From a virus, in IMG/VR virus record IMGVR_UViG_3300025108_000015, positions 114,234 to 178,233 of that record: a DNA stretch of 64,000 bases; one strand, written 5' to 3'. The notes beneath the pieces were generated by a model. The model was not told the DNA's origin and searched no databases. It worked only from the letters and a program-made list of their open reading frames with translations. Shown piece after piece: positions 28,903 to 37,816 of this stretch; position 1 is the stretch's first letter, and every line of letters begins with the position of its first letter. Both the position numbers and the translations under genes were made by a program.

Positions 28903-31191
28903 ATGGGAAAATTAATAAACGAATGGGTAACGGAATCAATCCTTACCGAAGACATTAAAAAAACAGTGGTAACTTACGTAGGTAGGTTTCATCCATTCCA
29001 TTCTGGCCATAACGCAACATACCAACACTTAGTTAAAAAGTTTGGTAAAGATAATGTGTATATAGGTACGTCTGATAAGGTACAATTACCAAAGTCACCA
29101 TTCACTTTCAAAGAGAAAGTTAAGATAATGACTACTATGTTTGGTATTCCCAAAAATAAAATAGTAAAGGTAAAAAACCCATATTCACCAAAAGAGATTC
29201 TACAATCATTTTCAGAAGAGACTACTGCATTTATCACAGTAGTTGGTGAGAAGGACAAGAGTAGATTGGGTGGTAAATACTTTGAACCATATAAGGGTAA
29301 GGTAGAAAAGGGTTATGCTGATGTCGGTTACGTTTATGTAGCACCATCACAAGGAAACGGAATATCTGGTACTCAAGTACGTAAGGGTATGTCTGATTCG
29401 GATGAGAAATCTCGTATTAAGTTTTTCAAGTCAGTATACCCAAAGTTCAACCAAAAGATTTATGATTTAGTTTCAGGTCGTTTAATAAAAGTAGAATCCG
29501 TAATGGAATCGTTCTTACAAACATTTGATATTAATGAAATGTTATCCGAAGCTTCATCATTACCACCAAGTGGTAAGGGTATAGTAGATGATGGTCCTGG
29601 CGCTTTCTATGGTAATATGAAAACTTTTAAGAAAGAGATGAATGATGTAACTTCTACATTAGGCTGGCAAATTATATCATACCTAATGGATGATGATTCC
29701 ATGGAGTCATTTGATACATCATACCCTAATGGGTCTGGTAGATATCCGGTATCATTTTTTCCAAGTGGTGATACCATGGATGGTCAGAAAATGAGATATG
29801 GAACGGATGTAACCGGCAGACCGGGATATAAAAAGTGGGCTAAACATATTAAGAAAGTTGCCCTTCGTTTGGGTATGGAATTCGTTAAGTTTGCTGAACC
29901 AAAGGATATTGAAAATCTTACTTCTAAAATTGATAATGAAAAAACTAAAGATAAAAAAAATAATCTAAAAGAAGGTATTCTTAATGAAGGTGGTGCATAT
30001 GGTCATATGAATCACCCATTTGATATTGAGTTAGGCCTTACATTTGGTGATTTAAAAATAATAATAGATAACGCTCTAAATGGTAAGTTAGAATTTACAC
30101 GAGAAAAAACCGATGGACAAGCACTTGCTATATCATATAGAAGTGACAAAGGTATCATCGCTGCAAGAAATAAATCACATCTAAAAGATAAAGGACTTAA
30201 TGCATTAGACATTAAGGGTGTTTCAGATAAATTTGCTAATAGAGGTGGTTTGACCGATGCGTATAATTTCGCTATGAGAGATTTGGAATCTGCGATTTCA
30301 AAACTATCAAAAGCACAAAAAGAAAAAGTCTTCAAGAATGGTTCAAAGTTTATGAACATCGAAGTCATCTGGCCGGAGTCAGTAAACGTAGTACCATATG
30401 GTCAACCCCTATTAGTATTTCATGGAACTATGGAATACAACGAAAAAGGTGAAGCTATTGGAGCAGACACCTCTGATGCAAGAATCTTAGCCGGTATGAT
30501 TAAACAAGTAAATGCGGATGTACAAGATGCATATACAATACAAGGCCCTCCGGTTGTAACTCTCCCAAAGAATCAAGAACTATCAAAAATGAAATCAAAG
30601 TTCTTTAGTCAATTATCTAAAGTTCAAAAAGAATTTAAACTTAAAGATAGTGATGGTGTAGCTGAATACCATCAACGTTGGTGGGAACAGTATGTTGATA
30701 AAAACTCACCATCTTCATTAGACAACAAAACCAAAATGGGTCTTGTTAAACGTTGGGCATTTTATGATAAGGGATTCCGTTTGGATAAGAAAAACATTTC
30801 TGATTCTAAAACATTAGATTGGGCAAAGAAGACTGATAAAATAGACCAAATTAAAATATCCAAACAAAACATACGTAAGTTTGAAGATATATTCTTAGGT
30901 GTAGGTGCCGAGGTATTATCCTTTATGTCATCAGCTTTAACTGTAAATCCAGACAAAGCTCTTCGTGCAATGCAAAAACGACTCGACCAAACCATCAAAG
31001 ACGTTAGGAAATCGGGCGACCCAAAAAAGATTGAAAAATTAAAATTAGAATTAGAAAGACTAAAAGCCGTAGGTGGTAGAGATAAGATTGTTCCAAATGA
31101 GGGATTGGTATTCGCATATAAAGGATACACCATGAAACTTACAGGTACATTTGCATCACTCAACCAAATCCTTGGTTTAATGTATTTTTAA
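28903..31191 (+). CDS. Fusion of a HIGH-motif nucleotidyltransferase, a middle domain and an RNA-ligase-like nucleotidyltransferase domain
   Basis: GRFHPFHSGH (HxGH), VVGEKD and SGTQVR; C-terminal EKTDG (KxDG), ARN, NIEVI, EGLVF and MKL ligase-like motifs. Confidence 0.65.
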   Translation: MGKLINEWVTESILTEDIKKTVVTYVGRFHPFHSGHNATYQHLVKKFGKDNVYIGTSDKVQLPKSPFTFKEKVKIMTTMFGIPKNKIVKVKNPYSPKEILQSFSEETTAFITVVGEKDKSRLGGKYFEPYKGKVEKGYADVGYVYVAPSQGNGISGTQVRKGMSDSDEKSRIKFFKSVYPKFNQKIYDLVSGRLIKVESVMESFLQTFDINEMLSEASSLPPSGKGIVDDGPGAFYGNMKTFKKEMNDVTSTLGWQIISYLMDDDSMESFDTSYPNGSGRYPVSFFPSGDTMDGQKMRYGTDVTGRPGYKKWAKHIKKVALRLGMEFVKFAEPKDIENLTSKIDNEKTKDKKNNLKEGILNEGGAYGHMNHPFDIELGLTFGDLKIIIDNALNGKLEFTREKTDGQALAISYRSDKGIIAARNKSHLKDKGLNALDIKGVSDKFANRGGLTDAYNFAMRDLESAISKLSKAQKEKVFKNGSKFMNIEVIWPESVNVVPYGQPLLVFHGTMEYNEKGEAIGADTSDARILAGMIKQVNADVQDAYTIQGPPVVTLPKNQELSKMKSKFFSQLSKVQKEFKLKDSDGVAEYHQRWWEQYVDKNSPSSLDNKTKMGLVKRWAFYDKGFRLDKKNISDSKTLDWAKKTDKIDQIKISKQNIRKFEDIFLGVGAEVLSFMSSALTVNPDKALRAMQKRLDQTIKDVRKSGDPKKIEKLKLELERLKAVGGRDKIVPNEGLVFAYKGYTMKLTGTFASLNQILGLMYF

Positions 31192-31201
31192 CATACTTAT
31201 A
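31192..31201 (+). promoter_or_regulatory. Putative late promoter motif
   Basis: CATACTTATA upstream of 31228. Confidence 0.55.
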
Positions 31202-31227
31202 GTAATAAAAGTTATATATAAAAAGTT

Positions 31228-31806
31228 ATGTCAAAATTAAACAACATCAAGGCAGTCAAAGAAATGATTGCTGGAAACCACCGAACACAAACAAAGAACA
31301 CGGTGGCATTTGATGCACATAAAGAGTTCGTCAAACGAGAAGTTGGTGACCAGTGGATTGATGATGATGGAAATACATGGGAGCAGAAGAAAGGATACAA
31401 AGTAAAACTTGGTAAACTTTCGGAATTGAGAAACACACTCAAGGACTTTCCTAATTGTAAAAAAGATACGTGTACATCGCATACGAATCCAACTCGTAAC
31501 GATATTAAGATGCAGGCCATTCATGGTATGTGTCTAAATTGTGTTATTAGTATGGAACATCAAATGAAAATTGATGGTACGTATAGTGAGTATGAACGTA
31601 AAAAGAAGCTAGAAAACGCAAAAGCTTGGTTAGCCCAAGCTGAGTTGGAAAAGGATACTATAAAGTTAGCTATGAAAGCTAGGTTTGTGAATGAAGATGG
31701 GTCACTTGAAGATTGGGATGGTGGTTCATGGGAAGAGATTGAAGAAAAGATAGAAACTGAGTTTCAAAATTTTAAAGAAACCTTTATCCAAAAATTGGAG
31801 AAATAA
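31228..31806 (+). CDS. Hypothetical protein with a possible Zn-binding motif
   Basis: CKKDTC ... CLNC plus a C-terminal helical region. Confidence 0.65.
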   Translation: MSKLNNIKAVKEMIAGNHRTQTKNTVAFDAHKEFVKREVGDQWIDDDGNTWEQKKGYKVKLGKLSELRNTLKDFPNCKKDTCTSHTNPTRNDIKMQAIHGMCLNCVISMEHQMKIDGTYSEYERKKKLENAKAWLAQAELEKDTIKLAMKARFVNEDGSLEDWDGGSWEEIEEKIETEFQNFKETFIQKLEK

Positions 31807-31807
31807 A

Positions 31808-32218
31808 TTGAAAACATTTATTAAAGAAACATATAAATTCTACACCGAAGATGGTATACCTCATACATTAGCTATGGAGTATACCATTTCCGATGTTTAC
31901 GAACGACTATGTACTGAAGGTGTAATGACTGAAGATTTACGTAAGTGGTTTGGTAAAGGTAAGACTGGTTCATCAGATGGTGGTGGATGGGATAGATATA
32001 GTTCTGATGGTAAGAAGTTAGGTAAATGTGGTGATGGTAAAGAGGGTGGTGCATACGCTGCATGTTTATCAAAAGAAAAGGCTGCAAAACTTGGACCAAA
32101 GGGTAGAGCAACTTTCGTGAATAGAAAGAGACGTGCTCAAAAGAAGAGTGGCGATTCAAAAAAAGGTGGAAATCGGACTAAAGGAAAAAAACCAACAAAC
32201 TCAAAGACTGGGGCATAA
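31808..32218 (+). CDS. Basic Gly/Lys-rich putative internal head protein (TTG start)
   Basis: Starts MKTFIKE; MTE|DLRKWFG site followed by a very basic domain. Confidence 0.55.
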   Translation: MKTFIKETYKFYTEDGIPHTLAMEYTISDVYERLCTEGVMTEDLRKWFGKGKTGSSDGGGWDRYSSDGKKLGKCGDGKEGGAYAACLSKEKAAKLGPKGRATFVNRKRRAQKKSGDSKKGGNRTKGKKPTNSKTGA

Positions 32219-32221
32219 GAT

Positions 32222-32521
32222 ATGATTAAGTTAAAACAATTACTAAACGAGAGTGATTACAAGATATATCACAAATCATTTACTGCAGCATCTGAAGAAG
32301 CAAGGAAGCTTGCTGAAAAACGTGGATTCGAAATCGATGAAGACGATTGGCAGTCTCAGATTGTAATGGGTGGTCGTAACAAACGCTCAAGACCAAGTGA
32401 AGGTAAAACTACTGAGTTCACAATTAGATTACTTAAAGGTGGTAAACCACAACGTAAGTCTCTTCAAATCCAAGTATATGGTATGAAGAAGGGTTATGAA
32501 CTAAACGCATACATCAACTAA
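32222..32521 (+). CDS. Putative internal head protein
   Basis: N-terminal MIKLKQLLNE|S, matching a leader motif shared with other head-cluster ORFs. Confidence 0.6.
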   Translation: MIKLKQLLNESDYKIYHKSFTAASEEARKLAEKRGFEIDEDDWQSQIVMGGRNKRSRPSEGKTTEFTIRLLKGGKPQRKSLQIQVYGMKKGYELNAYIN

Positions 32522-32529
32522 GGGGTATT

Positions 32530-34326
32530 ATGAATACTAAACTAAATAAATCGGTTAAGAAGTTTTTAGATGATTATCTAAAAGATGAAAAAAAGAATTC
32601 GCCAGAACATCAAGAATCGGTTATGCTGATTATGAGAGGCGCCTTAACTGACGCTAACTTTCATAGTGAAGCAAAACAATTAGGTAAATACTTTCCAAAA
32701 GCAGGTAAGAAATACATTGGTACACCAATGGAAGATGTGATTGAAAGTAAGGGTATTGCTATTGCTAAAGCTGCAAAGTGGGATGGTCATGATATCATTG
32801 ACGCATTTGCATTTTACCTAAGTATGTCAATTGGTGGTTCATTCGGAAATAGATTGATGTCACTAAAAGAATCAATTGAAGAGTCATTAGTTGAAGAGGG
32901 TGAAAAGTTAGACGAGAAGAATGTACCAACTAACCCATCTAAATGGGCTTACTATAAAGCACAAGCAAAGAAGAAGTTTGACGTATACCCATCAGCATAT
33001 GCAAATGGTTGGGCTTCAAAACAATACAAAAAAGCTGGTGGTGGTTGGAAGACTGAATCAGTAAACGAAGGTATGGTAAGTCCAAGTAAAGGGCATGCTT
33101 ACTATAAGTTGAGTAAAGACACCCCAATCAAATATGTATCAGGTCATTATGGAGTCGGATTAAAAGTTCCTGGTGTATTACTTCATAACGAATATGATAC
33201 AATCAAAGGTCAGAAGGGTGCTTACATTATCAATTACTTCAATCAACATTTCTATGTGGATATTAAAAACAAATTTGCATCAAGAATTGCCCATCCAGAT
33301 AATAAAGAGCAAAATAAAGATTTGAAAAAAAATATGCAGTTCTCGGCAGTTGCACCTGACCACAAAGATTGGAAGAAATATGTGAAGGAATCAGTAAACG
33401 AAGGTTATGGTAAATTCATTAAAGCTAAAAACCTTACTGATATCATTAAATTATCAAAGCAAAAGAAAAACGCAACATTCTATGTAACTGATGATAACAA
33501 TTCTCGTATTGGTGCATTTTATTTAAAGAATGGTAAGTTTGCTAAAGCAACTACTGCAAACCCTAGCTATGATTTACAAAATAACAAAACTAAGTTAAGA
33601 GATAGAAGTGATGTAATCTACAAGTATAAAGTAGACGAATCAGTAAACGAAGCTAAGGATAAAGTATTTGTAGTGATGTTTAAGGTCAAAAAAGATTTAC
33701 CCAATAGAAGTGTAAAACCATCTTCAGCTGTATATGCAAAAGAAGCTGATGCTAAGAAATTCTTAAAATCGGTTGAGAAAGATGGTGGTAAGGGAATGAT
33801 TGTAAAGTCTAATAAACCCGTTGGTGTAAAGGTAAATGAAGCTGCAACAAGAACTGCTGTGGAAATTGGTGGTTTGACCGGTGTGAATAAAGATGCTATC
33901 CAAAAGTTTGTTGATGATAACAAATTAGACATTGAGAAAGTATACCAATTCGTTAAGAAAGGTAAACTTGCTGATAGAATGAAGTTAGTATCTGCAATCG
34001 CAGGTAAACCTAATAACCCAGTTCAAAAGAAGATGGTTAAACAATTCGGTGAAGGTATCATCAAAGAAGCAAAAGTAAGATTGGGTAAAGACTCAGTAAA
34101 CTTCAAAGTGATGGGTGACTCAAAGGGATTGACCCTAATCGCTGCAAGTGGTAATGACTTAGATGGTCTTCAAGATGCAATTGAAAATAATGTTGATGTG
34201 AAAGAAGAATTGAGAAAGACACTTGAGAAACAACTTAAAGTTCCAGTTGAAGTGGATAGAGATTACGATGGTGCTGGTTTTAGATTCAACATTGACTTTT
34301 ACTCATTGGCTAAAAAGGTAAAGTAA
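32530..34326 (+). CDS. Putative internal-head polyprotein of about 7 modules separated by ESVNE / x-x-E linkers
   Basis: LDE|K, ESVNE|G (twice), ESVNE|A, VNE|A and IKE|A boundaries between unrelated Lys-rich modules. Confidence 0.65.
   Translation: MNTKLNKSVKKFLDDYLKDEKKNSPEHQESVMLIMRGALTDANFHSEAKQLGKYFPKAGKKYIGTPMEDVIESKGIAIAKAAKWDGHDIIDAFAFYLSMSIGGSFGNRLMSLKESIEESLVEEGEKLDEKNVPTNPSKWAYYKAQAKKKFDVYPSAYANGWASKQYKKAGGGWKTESVNEGMVSPSKGHAYYKLSKDTPIKYVSGHYGVGLKVPGVLLHNEYDTIKGQKGAYIINYFNQHFYVDIKNKFASRIAHPDNKEQNKDLKKNMQFSAVAPDHKDWKKYVKESVNEGYGKFIKAKNLTDIIKLSKQKKNATFYVTDDNNSRIGAFYLKNGKFAKATTANPSYDLQNNKTKLRDRSDVIYKYKVDESVNEAKDKVFVVMFKVKKDLPNRSVKPSSAVYAKEADAKKFLKSVEKDGGKGMIVKSNKPVGVKVNEAATRTAVEIGGLTGVNKDAIQKFVDDNKLDIEKVYQFVKKGKLADRMKLVSAIAGKPNNPVQKKMVKQFGEGIIKEAKVRLGKDSVNFKVMGDSKGLTLIAASGNDLDGLQDAIENNVDVKEELRKTLEKQLKVPVEVDRDYDGAGFRFNIDFYSLAKKVK
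33055..33652 (+). repeat. Three identical 16-nt direct repeats GAATCAGTAAACGAAG encoding ESVNE
   Basis: Copies at 33055-33070, 33388-33403 and 33637-33652, in frame, flanking unrelated modules. Confidence 0.9.
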
Positions 34327-34327
34327 G

Positions 34328-35197
34328 ATGACTAAAACACAACTCAAGGAATTAATCAGAGAAGAATACCATAACGTAAAAGACTTTATGGAAGATAAGT
34401 ATGGTTTTACTCCTGAGCTGGGTAAGGTCATTGACAACCCATATGTATCATCATTTAAAAATGAAGCTACATATTCAAGTGGATTATATATGATACTTGA
34501 CAAAGATGGTAAAGTCGTTGATAAGGGTCTTGAAAGTAATATGTGGTATTCCTTTGAAAAATATAGAGGTAAAGGAACACACTATATCGTATCAAAGAAA
34601 AACCTAAGTAAAGCACAATCACTTATCAAAAAATATCAGTCAGACCTTAGTAATACTAAGTTCAGAGATTCGATGTTTAAATTGTACAAGGAATCAGTAT
34701 CAACTGAAGCGTTATCAGATTATGAAAAAGATGGTGCTGACTACGAACAATTATACAAAGATTACTTATACTCTAAGAAGAGAAAAACCGAAGGTGATGA
34801 AGTAATCGATGAGTATGATGTTGATACTATTGAAGAGACGACTGATTTCATAAACTTTATGAAAGAATACTCTCAGATGTTAAATTTACATAAAGAGCAG
34901 AATAGTGATATCTACGCACTAAACCCAACACTTGATGAAGCAGAGTATCAAGGTCGTGACGTAAAACTTGGTAAACCAATGCAAGGTGATGTTAAGAAGT
35001 TTAAAGTATACGTAAAGAATCCAAAGGGAAATGTTGTAAAGGTAAACTTCGGACATGGTGGAACATCTGCAAAGGGTAAAACAATGTCTATCAAAAAGAA
35101 TGACCCTGCGAGACGTAAGGCATTTAGAGCAAGACATAATTGTGATAATCCTGGACCACGACATAAAGCTAGATATTGGTCTTGTCGTAAGTGGTAA
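34328..35197 (+). CDS. Putative internal-head polyprotein with a C-terminal basic Cys/His domain
   Basis: Leader MTKTQLKELIREE; FKNE|A, STE|A and LDE|A sites; C-terminal RRKAFRARHNC ... ARYWSC. Confidence 0.6.
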   Translation: MTKTQLKELIREEYHNVKDFMEDKYGFTPELGKVIDNPYVSSFKNEATYSSGLYMILDKDGKVVDKGLESNMWYSFEKYRGKGTHYIVSKKNLSKAQSLIKKYQSDLSNTKFRDSMFKLYKESVSTEALSDYEKDGADYEQLYKDYLYSKKRKTEGDEVIDEYDVDTIEETTDFINFMKEYSQMLNLHKEQNSDIYALNPTLDEAEYQGRDVKLGKPMQGDVKKFKVYVKNPKGNVVKVNFGHGGTSAKGKTMSIKKNDPARRKAFRARHNCDNPGPRHKARYWSCRKW

Positions 35198-35216
35198 CTT
35201 AATTAACTCCGAGTTA

Positions 35217-35226
35217 CATACTTATA
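35217..35226 (+). promoter_or_regulatory. Putative late promoter motif
   Basis: CATACTTATA upstream of 35258. Confidence 0.55.
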
Positions 35227-35257
35227 TAAACAAGTAAGTTTAACAAAAGAGAGAATT

Positions 35258-35575
35258 ATGACAAAACTTAAAAATTGGTTCATCGGTCTATGGAATAGAT
35301 TATTGAACAAAACTACCATTGATGAACAAATCATGGAAACAGTAGCAGATGCAAAGGAAAAGCTAGAATCAGTTAAAGAAGAGTTTGCTGATGTAGCAGA
35401 AGAACTTAAAGACGTAATGTCGGCCATTAAGGGAAAGGTTACTAAAAGTAAACTTCGTTCGATGACAAAAGTACAAATGCTTGAAGCTGCTAAAAAAGAC
35501 CACAATGTTGATTTGGATTCTAAACTAAACAAGACGAATCTAATTAATAAAGTTTACGAACTTTACAACAAGTAA
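35258..35575 (+). CDS. Small protein with a C-terminal HeH/Rho-N-like motif
   Basis: MTKVQMLEAAKK ... LDSKLNKTNLINKV helix-extension-helix pattern; amphipathic N-terminus. Confidence 0.5.
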   Translation: MTKLKNWFIGLWNRLLNKTTIDEQIMETVADAKEKLESVKEEFADVAEELKDVMSAIKGKVTKSKLRSMTKVQMLEAAKKDHNVDLDSKLNKTNLINKVYELYNK

Positions 35576-35578
35576 TTT

Positions 35579-36160
35579 GTGAGAAATTATTTCGGAGATA
35601 TCAAGACCCTTCTGATAGTAGTATTAGGAGTTATTATATTTTTGACACGTGGTTGTCAGAACGGGTCTGATATTACCGAACCACAAGTTATTACTGAAGT
35701 AGTCACAAAATGGGATACTGTACAAATTGAAAAAACCAAGTACATCCCAAAGGTAGTGGAGAAGGTAGTAGTTAATATTGATACATTTACTACACCAATT
35801 GATACATTATCAGTATTAAAAGATTATTACGCAAAATACTTTTATACTGACACTATTATTATAGATTCGCTAGGTTATGTTACTATTAACGATACGATAA
35901 CACGTAACCTAATTTCATTTAGAGATGTTCAATCCGAAATACTCATCCCAACAACTACAATTACTAATACTGTTTACATCAACAAACGTGAACTCTATGT
36001 GGGTACTACGTTAAATGGTGACCGAACTCAATTATATAACTTGAGCGGTAATCTTTTATACAAAACAAAAAAACGTAATGTATATAATATTGGGGTAGGT
36101 GTAGATAGTGACTTCAAGCCCGTTTACACAATTGGTATGTATTGGAAGTTTGGTAAATAA
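35579..36160 (+). CDS. Membrane-anchored or lipoprotein-like protein (GTG start)
   Basis: LLIVVLGVIIFLTRGC hydrophobic segment ending in Cys; C-terminal amphipathic beta strands ending GMYWKFGK. Confidence 0.55.
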   Translation: MRNYFGDIKTLLIVVLGVIIFLTRGCQNGSDITEPQVITEVVTKWDTVQIEKTKYIPKVVEKVVVNIDTFTTPIDTLSVLKDYYAKYFYTDTIIIDSLGYVTINDTITRNLISFRDVQSEILIPTTTITNTVYINKRELYVGTTLNGDRTQLYNLSGNLLYKTKKRNVYNIGVGVDSDFKPVYTIGMYWKFGK

Positions 36161-36168
36161 TAGGTGAT

Positions 36169-37743
36169 ATGCCAAAAGATATAAAAACACTAATCAGGGA
36201 AGAGTGGGTTAAGTGTGCTAAGGATCCAGTATATTTCTTCAAGAAGTATTGTTATATCCAACACCCCCACCGAGGTAAGATTTTATTTAATCTTTACCCA
36301 TTTCAAGAAGACTTAATGACAAGTGTAAATGAGGAACGATTCAACGTAATCCTCAAGTCACGTCAGTTGGGTATCTCAACACTATCAGCCGGGTATTCAC
36401 TATGGTTGATGTTGTTTCATGAAGATAAAAACATTCTTGTAATTGCTACCAAACAAGAGGTAGCTAAGAATCTTGTTACTAAGGTAAGATTCATGCATGA
36501 TAATTTACCAACGTGGCTAAAGGGTCAGACTGAAGAAGATAACAAACTATCCTTACGATTACGAAATGGTTCTCAAATTAAAGCAACATCTGCCGCAGGT
36601 GATGCTGGTCGTTCTGAAGCATTATCAATGTTGATTATCGATGAGGCTGCATTCATTAACAATGTAGAAGAGATTTGGACTTCGGCACAATCTACACTTT
36701 CTACCGGTGGTGGTGCTATTGTATTATCTACTCCAAATGGTGTGGGTAATTGGTTTCACAAGATTTGGGTTCAAGGTCAACAAGGAGACCAGTGGAATCC
36801 AACCGAATTACATTGGACGGTACATCCTGAGAGAAATCAATTGTGGAGAGATGAACAAGAGAAATTATTAGGAGCTAAGGGCGCAGCACAAGAGTGTGAT
36901 TGTGACTTTATCAGTTCTGGCCATACGGTAGTTGAAGGTGCTACATTACAATGGTACGAAGAAACGTATGTAAAAGACCCAATTGAAAAACGTGGGTTTG
37001 ATGGTAACTATTGGTTATGGGACTATCCAAATTATTCTCGTGATTATGTAGTAGTTGCCGATGTCGCAAGAGGTGACTCATCCGATTATTCAGCATTCCA
37101 TGTATTCGATGTAGAGACTGTTGAACAAGTAGCAGAATACAAAGGTAAGATTGATACTAAACAATATGGTGCAATGTTAACTTCGGTAGCGGCGGAATGG
37201 AACAACGCAATGTTGGTGATTGAAAACGCAAATATTGGTTGGGCAGTGATACAAGAAGTAATTGATAGAAACTATGATAATCTATATTATTCATATAGAG
37301 ATGTAGGTTACATAGATGATGATATACATCTCAGAAAAGGTTTTGACTTAAAACGTAAAGAGGATATGGTTCCTGGATTTTCTATGACAAGTAGAACTCG
37401 ACCATTAGTAATATCTAAGTTAGATATGTATATGAGAGAGAGGACCCCTATAATCCATTCTAAGAGACTTATAGACGAATTGTTTGTATTCATATGGAAT
37501 GGTAGTAGAGCTGAAGCACAACGTGGTTATAATGATGACTTGGTGATATCATTCTCCACCGGTCTTTGGGTACGTGATACGGCATTAAAATTAAGACAAC
37601 AGGGTATGGATTTAACGAGAACTACATTAGGGCATATGGGTAAGTCAAGTACCGGTGTTTATTCTAACCGTAACCTCGGCCAAGACCCATGGAAACAAAA
37701 AGACCAACATGGAAAGGACCAAGATTTAACTTGGTTACTTTAA
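36169..37743 (+). CDS. terL: Terminase large subunit (T4 gp17-like)
   Basis: Walker A KSRQLGIST, Walker B LIIDEAAF, STPNG, nuclease DVARG..DYS and DDLV. Confidence 0.95.
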   Translation: MPKDIKTLIREEWVKCAKDPVYFFKKYCYIQHPHRGKILFNLYPFQEDLMTSVNEERFNVILKSRQLGISTLSAGYSLWLMLFHEDKNILVIATKQEVAKNLVTKVRFMHDNLPTWLKGQTEEDNKLSLRLRNGSQIKATSAAGDAGRSEALSMLIIDEAAFINNVEEIWTSAQSTLSTGGGAIVLSTPNGVGNWFHKIWVQGQQGDQWNPTELHWTVHPERNQLWRDEQEKLLGAKGAAQECDCDFISSGHTVVEGATLQWYEETYVKDPIEKRGFDGNYWLWDYPNYSRDYVVVADVARGDSSDYSAFHVFDVETVEQVAEYKGKIDTKQYGAMLTSVAAEWNNAMLVIENANIGWAVIQEVIDRNYDNLYYSYRDVGYIDDDIHLRKGFDLKRKEDMVPGFSMTSRTRPLVISKLDMYMRERTPIIHSKRLIDELFVFIWNGSRAEAQRGYNDDLVISFSTGLWVRDTALKLRQQGMDLTRTTLGHMGKSSTGVYSNRNLGQDPWKQKDQHGKDQDLTWLL

Positions 37744-37744
37744 A

Positions 37745-37778
37745 TTTGGTACTTTAATTTATTTTTTGTATATTTATA
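37745..37778 (+). promoter_or_regulatory. Overlapping host-type and late-type promoter candidates upstream of the portal gene
   Basis: TTTG (37745-37748) - 20 nt - TATATTTA (37769-37776), which also forms TATATTTATA (37769-37778). Confidence 0.5.
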
Positions 37779-37816
37779 ACTTGTAGAAGTATATACTTTT
37801 AGTTAGAGACGAAATT

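Noticed and set aside
33055-33652. Identical repeats separated by unique sequence, superficially CRISPR-like
   Set aside because: Repeats are 16 nt, spacers are 233-317 nt, all are in frame within a CDS, and there are no cas genes
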